In this document: positions 41,334 to 48,237 of the stretch, in pieces | Layout of the letters: each line of letters opens with the position of its first letter | Position numbering within the stretch: the stretch's first letter is position 1 | Assembly (NCBI GenBank): GCA_052055015.1 | Contig: JBQJIT010000032.1 | DNA length: 48,237 bases | From: Malassezia furfur | Taxonomy: Eukaryota | Reading direction: 5' to 3' (one strand) | The notes under the pieces: model-generated | What the model saw: the letters and a program-made list of their open reading frames with translations, nothing else | Databases searched by the model: none | Told to the model about the DNA's origin: nothing | Program-made: the position numbers and the translations under genes

Positions 41334-42873
41334 TTTTGATGGGAGAGATACGTCGCGTAAAGCTGGTCCACGTATTCCGGATCGGTCTGTATACCCGTTA
41401 GCCCCTTACTCTCGAATGAACGTACATAGAGGAGAGTGACCATCGTTTGCACGAATTCCATCCGACTCAGGTGTTTGGACCGCTCAGCCAGGCGTTCGGG
41501 GGCTTTGCCAGTAGCGAGCAGGGACAAGAGGTTCTGCGTCTGGGCCGCGCGCGCCTGGCTCTCTGGGCCCGCCGTTGGCGTAGACTCGGCGGGCTGCGTC
41601 GGCACTGGAGACGTCCCGCGGCTTGTACGCGACACACTCGCGGTGGATGTCTCCATCACATCCTTCGGGATGCTCTGCTCAGCTGCAACTGTGTGCTGCT
41701 CGTCATTCTTGGGCACGCCAGCCTCCTTAGCAGCCTCGACAGTGTCCGCCGTATCTTGGGACTCGAGACTTTCTAGCGGACCTTGCTCAGTCGCATCGAT
41801 GAACTCTTCTTTTTCCTCTGCTGAATCGTCGCCAGTCTTGCTGGGTGTCTCGTCGTATCCATCCTCCGAATACCCATCTTCCTGGCCCCGCTGGTCGACA
41901 TGCGCCGCCTTGTCTCCCGGAGTCTCGGCACGTTTGTCTGACGGCACAGCCGTCGCCTTGTCCGTGCTCTCTTCCACAGGTCGTTGCGGCATCCCTGGTG
42001 CCGAGCCAAACAGCGCATCGAGGCTAATGGATTCGGCGCCCGGCGCGCGCGCTTCTGGTTCAGTCGAGGCGCGCGTCTCGCCGCTGGTCTGACCCGAGGT
42101 AGGGTCAGGGTTGATTGGCGCCGGCGCCGACTGTTCTGAATCGGTCGTCTCGGTTTTCGACGCACTGGCTTGCTTCATCCAGTCCTCGGACGGCGCAGCA
42201 TCGCGGAACAAGGCATTAAGTATCGAAGCACCGTTGCGTTCCGACTCGGTGAACGCGTGCACAGGCTGTGCCTCTTTTGTGCCGGCTTCCTCTGGCGTCT
42301 TGTTTGAGCCGAAAAGCGTGTCCATGTCGACCGACTGCATCTTACCCTCGCTCTCCGGCACGGGCGGAGGTGGGTAGGGAGAGTGCTGACATCTGGGTCA
42401 GTGTCGTATGCGTACTTTTGGATGGTTTCCCCCAACTGCTTGAGTTGGGACGGCTCAAAGACCCAGATTCCATAAATGTCAGACTCTTCACTGTCCGCAT
42501 CATCTGGACATGAGTGTGCGGGGTCGTACCTGCATGTTGCGGCCGATAAATGATGAACTCGTCGCTCATCTCAATATCGTCGTCAGGGGTGATGCCAATC
42601 GAGAAGTTGTCGGGATCATTGCGATTGAGGATCTTGAGGCCATAATACGGTGCCTCAGAGCTAGTGTGAGCCGACACTTTTGCGCCTACCGTTGGTAGAG
42701 GAACAATGGTCCTTCTGTCCCCGTTTTGGTCTAGGTCAGCCATGAACACGTACCCATTCTTTATCGTAACTGTACAGAACCGCAAATGATGCGGCCGCCG
42801 TAATTGTCGCAAACTTGGGATCAAATCGCCGCAGAACGCGCGAATTGAGTTCCCACCGCGCGTCGAGATCCAT
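41330..42873 (-). CDS. DCP1: mRNA decapping enzyme subunit Dcp1 (EVH1)
   Basis: LNSRVLRRFDP...AVLYSY..EW|TKTGTEGPLFLY...ILNR...NF...FIIYR...IYGIWV. Introns are 42731-42753, 42661-42689, 42504-42529, 42393-42415 and 41387-41425. Confidence 0.88.
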
Positions 42874-43222
42874 GTCGAGTGGCCCGTGACCGTTCGGCGA
42901 CCTGAAGAAGTTTGTCAGGGAGCCTACTAGGTACTGATGAGATAACAGGGTCTCCACTTAGGAAATACGCGGCCGATCCCGACTGCGGCACAAATGACGT
43001 CTCAATTGCGGCGGTTTGTCTAATAAACTTACCCCATCCACCAATCGGAAACCGTCTCGGTAATTAAAAGCTGCCAGCTTGTGAAACTGGTTTTTTTTTT
43101 GGATCAGTCCCGGGCATTTGTGGGGTAGATGACCCCCCCAAGAACGAACGTCGAAATCGCTTGCCCTGCAGATTTAATTGTGTTTAACTGTCGCACCTTC
43201 TCTCATGCAGTGACTGGGCATT

Positions 43223-44972
43223 ATGTATTCTAATGCTCAGGGAAGCAATAGGCAATCCCCAAAGCGAAAATCGCATGGCTTTGAACCCGCTTCCACCTCC
43301 GACATGGGTCAAGCGCCCAACAACCAAGGTTCCAATATACCCATGGGAAATGCCAGCTACATTGACATGGATCTTCTTCTGAATAATGAGCTCTGGAGAC
43401 ACATTACTCCTCCGCAACAGGCACATGCCCCGGAAACAGAATTTTCTCAGGGCATCCCCTTCCAGCGAACATTTCCTGAGGCTCACAACATGTGGCATGG
43501 ACCTCGCCAAGAGGCCGTGGAATCGTTGCATCCTACACACCACGGATTGTCGGCACCGGCGTCCCAATCCTCCATTGCATACGAACGCGCAGGGCCGACT
43601 ATGGAACGGGACGCGGCTTATTCTTTGCCACAGCAAAGGTCGAATGAACCGCTACCCGGCCGTCCGTTCCCGGGCGCAGAGGCCAACGTTCAAAGCATGC
43701 CGGCTGCCTCGAGCACATTTGCACATCCGCGCCAAAAACGGTTTGTGGAAGATCATGGGGTGGCCATGGTCCCCCCTGACGTACACCCTACCGTGGGCTC
43801 GGCGCCACCCAATTTCATGACGCCATGGAATATACAGCACATGCGGTCGCGTGAAGGAGTTCATCCGACTCCGAGGGACCATGCCAAACCCTACCAGCGT
43901 CGATCCAGTGGAGATGCCGCAGGCGGTGCCTCGCACACGTGGGTGCATTCGCAGATGCGGCCCCATACGGGGCGATCCAACTCGGAAGACTATGTTCGGG
44001 AACTGGACGATTCGATTCCATCGGATAACGACAATGCGGAAGAGCTAGACTCGATGCCGTCAACGCTGATGTCTTCGAATGACTCGGAAGCCAAAAAACT
44101 GCTGGACAAGCGCCGAAGACGGCGCGAGTCCCACAATGCCGTCGAGCGTCGCCGTCGGGACAACATTAACAGCCAAATGACTGAGCGTACGTATGATCCC
44201 GGAACACTGACCCAGTCGCTACGCTGCTGCCCGAAACCATGTTACTCGATGCAATAACGTACGTCTTCTTCACTCACACGACAGGACCTCGACGCAAGGC
44301 GGCAACAGCGCATCGTGGACGTTTGGACCCGAGACGGCGGCCAAGGTGGCACGCAGTCGTACTGGTCTCGGCTCGTGGCGTACCATTGGCAATGAGACGC
44401 AGGTTCAGGACCCCGCGTTGAACCAAAGCCGTGGCATTCCCAAGGAGTCGTGCTTGAACATGCCCTCATTTACCAGTTTCGCAGCCGCATTATCGCCTGT
44501 TGACGCAAACAACCCTGCACTGGCTGCAGCGCAAGCGAAGCCCAACAAGGGCATCATTTTGCGAAAAAGCGTCGAGTATGTGCGCCAACTCCAGCAATTC
44601 CTGGATATGCAGATGCGCCGCAACCACATGCTTGAGCACGAGCTACGGCAGCTGTATGAAGCCAAATGGCGTGAGTCATCAATCGCGTCCGGGAGTAGCG
44701 AGTCGGCGATACCCTTCTCGTGGTCATCGGCACAGGTGCAGCAGCAGCAGCAGCAGTCGCAGCAGCCGCAGCAGCAACAGCAGCAGCCGCAGCAGCAGCC
44801 GGCGTCACTGCCGCTGCCGTCACAGTCACATCTGTCCTTCCCGTCGTCGCCCGGCGCCGCGAGGAACGAGACAGGCGGAACGGACACAGGCGTGCCACAT
44901 GCTGTACCTGAATACTCTTCGCCTGACCGAGCCATGTATGGAATGAAAAATGATCTCGGCGAGTCGTCATAG
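43223..44972 (+). CDS. bHLH-ZIP transcription factor (Rtg3/MiT-TFE-like)
   Basis: RRESHNAVERRRRDNINSQMTELATLLP ... KPNKGIILRKSVEYVRQL followed by a zipper. Introns are 44187-44215 and 44259-44284. Confidence 0.85.
44739..44798 (+). repeat. Interrupted (CAG)n poly-glutamine tract
   Basis: Visible CAG run encoding QQQQQQSQQPQQQQQQPQQQ. Confidence 0.9.
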
Positions 44973-45077
44973 GGAGGGTCGTACCTCGCCGGACCTAATA
45001 TAGACCCCCCACTCTCCCCTTAGCAATTTACTTTTCTACACACCTCCATTCGACGCGACGCGCTGCTTCGCGACGCG

Positions 45078-48000
45078 ATGGACGCGTGGGACGACGAGGC
45101 GCTCGATGACTGGTACGCGTCGGACGTAGCTTCCTCTGCCGAGGACTCTGCCGCTGAGCAGGAGGCGGCGAGTGAGGCATCTGAGGCTGGCGAAGTCGAC
45201 GATGACGCGCGCCTGGACCTGCTCCGCCCGCCCATCCTGTCTATCTGTGCGGCGCTGGGCGGCTACGAGCACGTCGACGTGGACGGGCGTCTGGAGCTCG
45301 TGTATCGGCTTGGAGATGATTGTCTAGGTACGTTATATGCTCACACAGAATGCCTGCGAGATCTGCGGCGTCTCTGGCGCCAGGACGACACGGACAACAG
45401 TCGTGCGGTCGCGCGTGTCTTTGCCGAGCTGGGCACGCTGCACAACGACCTGATCCCCATCCTGCTGCACACGGCGGGTATGGGCGAGAAGGCGGACAAG
45501 ATTGCGCTTGCGTGCAGTACGTCGGCCACCCACTGACCGCAGCCGACTTGATTACGGCGCTCACCTGGCCGATCGACTGGAACGCCGAGGTGCACGACAT
45601 TGTGACGCGTGAGGAGGAGGAGGACGGCGTGCTGTCCAAGCTGGTTGGTCTTCAGGCCGCGCAGGTGCAGTATAAGGCATCGGTGCTGCGCGTGCGCGCC
45701 AAGGAGCAACGCCTCGTGAGCCGGACGGTGGTCGGGTGCGTGATGCGCCATTTGCTGCTGCCTGCACTGGCCAAGCCGCGTGTGGACCGCACGGAGCGCG
45801 ACACGGGGCTGATCGGCATGTGCCTTCACCTCTTCCGCAACCTGCTCGCGATCCGCGACCCTGTCGCGCACACGACGAGCAGCGCGGCAGTCGTGGCCAA
45901 CGCGACGCTGCAGAGTCTGCTCGTGGAGCAGCTCGAGGAGCACTTTGTGCTCGACACACTGTTGATGCTCGCAAGCAACGCCGACACCAAGGAGTACGAG
46001 GCGTGGGTGCCCGTCGCGGCCGACTGTGTGTACCAGCTGTACATCGGCTCGGACGTGCACGAGATCGCGACTGTCGAGGCGGCGACGACGCGTGCGTCGT
46101 CGCATGCGCTCGCCGCCTCGCTCGACCAGGAGGCGCGGCAGAAGCGGCATGGCGTGAACAATGCGCGGCATTCGCGCTTCGGCACCACGATCCAGTTCCG
46201 CGCGCACGACGGATCGCTGCGCGTCGCGCGGCGTCCCGCGGCGCTGGTCGAGTCGGTGCGCCGCCTGGAGCAGGGCATTGCAGACCGTGGGCGGCGCAAG
46301 ATCTCGCGCAAGCGCCGCGCGACCGAGCGTGGCGCGCCGCAGCGCTACACGGCGTGGACGAGCGGCGCGCGCGCCGTGCTCCGGCGGTGGGCCGACCGGT
46401 TTGTGCAGGACGGCGCGTTTGGGGTGCTGGAGCAGCAGTACCTCAAGGACATCCACGCCGAGCGCGAGCGAGTCGGCGATCTGGATGCGGCGCGGTGCAA
46501 GGCACTGCAGCTCGCGACCTTCTTCCTAGACTATTTCCGCGCGCGGCGGGCGCACGACGCGGCGGCGTTTGGCTTCGGGCTCGTTGCCGCGTGGCTCGAG
46601 CCGTGGGCGTTCCGCCTGTCGCGCAGCCGCGCGGCGATGGCGCTCGAGGCGAAGCAGTGGCTCGAGTTTGTGGCCGCCGTGCGCCTGTGGACGTCGCTGC
46701 TGTGCCTCTTGCACGCGCTCGCGCACGGCTCCTCCGAGGAGCGGCAGGTCGCCGACGAGCTGCAGAACACGCTGTACTACGACGGCGACCTGCTCGACAC
46801 GAGCCTGCAGGTGATGCACGCGTACACTGCACAGAGTTTCGCGTGCCTTGAGGCGGTGCTCGACTTTGCGTACACCATGCCCCGTCTCCTCGAGAAGCAC
46901 GCGGCGCAGCACGAGTACGTGTTTGTCAAGGCGCGCCACGGCGGGCAGGACGATGAGGAGTCGGTGTCGCGCAGCGAGCGCCTCTTCCGCTTCCAGACCT
47001 TCCAGCGCGCCATGGCCACGACGCGCCTCGCGCATGTGTGCACGCAGTACCTCGTGCGCTGGGCCGACTCGGCGCAGCCGCGCACGATGCTACCACGCCT
47101 CGCGAGTGTGGTGCACCGCATCACCGTCAAGGCCGAGCGCCCCGCGCTCTTCTTTGCGGCCAAGACGCGCGAGTTGTGGGTGCGCCTGCTGCGCGGCGGC
47201 GACCAGGCGCTCGCGGCGTGCGACGCCGAGGCTGCCGCGACGCTGGTCAAGCTCGCGCGCTACATTGAGCGCCAGTTTGCCAAGCTCGACGGCGCACTGC
47301 AGGAGGCGTTTGACGCGAACAAGCGCCCGGCGCGCGCGCCCAAGGCGGACAAGATCCCCGCCGAGATCTGCGTGCGCCCGGGCCTCGAGCACAGCGAGCA
47401 GATCGGCGTCGCGGTCGGCCTGCTTGCCGAGGAGCACAAGCTCGCCGAGGTCACCTGGGTCAAGTTCCACCTCGAGCTCGCGAGCGCCGCACGCAAGGCG
47501 CTCATGGCGTCCGACGCAGACGCGGACCCCGCGGCCCCGAGCGCCGCGGTACAGGAGCAGTTTGCTGTACACCGTACGTCGCCTTGCTGACCCAGCCCTC
47601 ACGACCGACTCGGATGCGGTGCGGACCGAAGTCACGCGCAACCCCGCGCTCAAGCTGCTGCTGCGCCTCGTGGGCCTCGAAGCGAGCGTCGAGGAGGCGC
47701 ACTGGGTGTGGAGCGTGCCGCGCAGTTGCACGCCCGCGTCGCTCGATCGCGACGCACGCATCATCGACCAGTACCTTGCGCAGCCGCTCCTGATCGAGGG
47801 CGAGCTGCGCGACCAGGTGCAGCGCGTGCGCGCCCCTCGCGCGCGCACCGACGCGCCAGGCGACGCAGCGGACGACGCCGAGCGGCCGCGCAAGCGTGCA
47901 CGCCCCGACGCCGACGGCCGCCCGGCGAAGAAGCGCGCGCCGCGCATCCCCCGCTGGCTCGACAACGAGTTCATCGAGGACAGTGACGAGGAGCTCGCAT

Positions 48001-48230
48001 TCGCGATGGCCGACGTGCCCCGCACGAGCTCGCGCAGCGCCTCGCCGCCCGCGCTGTTTGCCGAGGCGCACGAGGCGCCGGTCGCATCCGCGCACACGAC
48101 GCCCGCAACGTCGCCGACCCGCGACGCGCCGGCGTTGCCCGCGCACACGGCGCCGACGTCGCCCAAGGAGCGCGTGCGGCCACCGGCGCACCGGGACCCG
48201 CTGTTCCTATTCGACTCCGATAACGAGTAG
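45078..48230 (+). CDS. TOF1: Replication fork protection factor Tof1/Swi1 (Timeless family)
   Basis: ICAALGG...YRLGDDCL|ECLRDL, DLIPIL, LTWP, LFRNLLAI and RHSRFGT. Introns are 45328-45348, 45517-45542 and 47574-47595. Confidence 0.92.
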
Positions 48231-48237
48231 CTACCGC

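Noticed and set aside
42874..43222. AT-richer spacer as a possible centromere or origin
   Set aside because: Too short and not AT-rich enough; consistent with an ordinary promoter with poly-T.

Overview
Eukaryotic, GC-rich and extremely compact fungal genomic DNA. The gene set, spacing and intron style suggest a basidiomycete yeast of the Malassezia type, but this is inference. I reconstructed 27 protein-coding genes by hand (DED1 is only a 3' end): DED1, nitrilase, nucleoside hydrolase, SmB, aromatic aminotransferase, HSK3, CPT1/EPT1, ROM2-like RhoGEF, sulfate permease, Rtt107/Brc1-like BRCT protein, PAT1, SEC1, BRN1, DGA1, histidine phosphatase, PLB1, GUF1, GLE2, RPL24, LCB2, MSC7-like ALDH, RRI1, cyclin B, MIS18, DCP1, a bHLH-ZIP factor and TOF1. 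No tRNA, rRNA, transposon or CRISPR was seen. Highlights: (1) 38 of 42 inferred introns are only 21-30 nt; (2) the single long intron (414 nt, RPL24) folds end-to-end into a multi-arm RNA with a perfect 10-bp pseudoknot-type pairing, and the RPL24 5'UTR intron base-pairs its own donor site; (3) GLE2 has no usable ATG and appears to start at GTG; (4) Mis18 carries two AT-hooks; (5) gene packing is near-bacterial, and CACGTG E-boxes mark 8 of 9 divergent promoters but none of the tandem spacers; (6) stop codons are mostly TAG. Exon boundaries are manual predictions, not transcript-verified.
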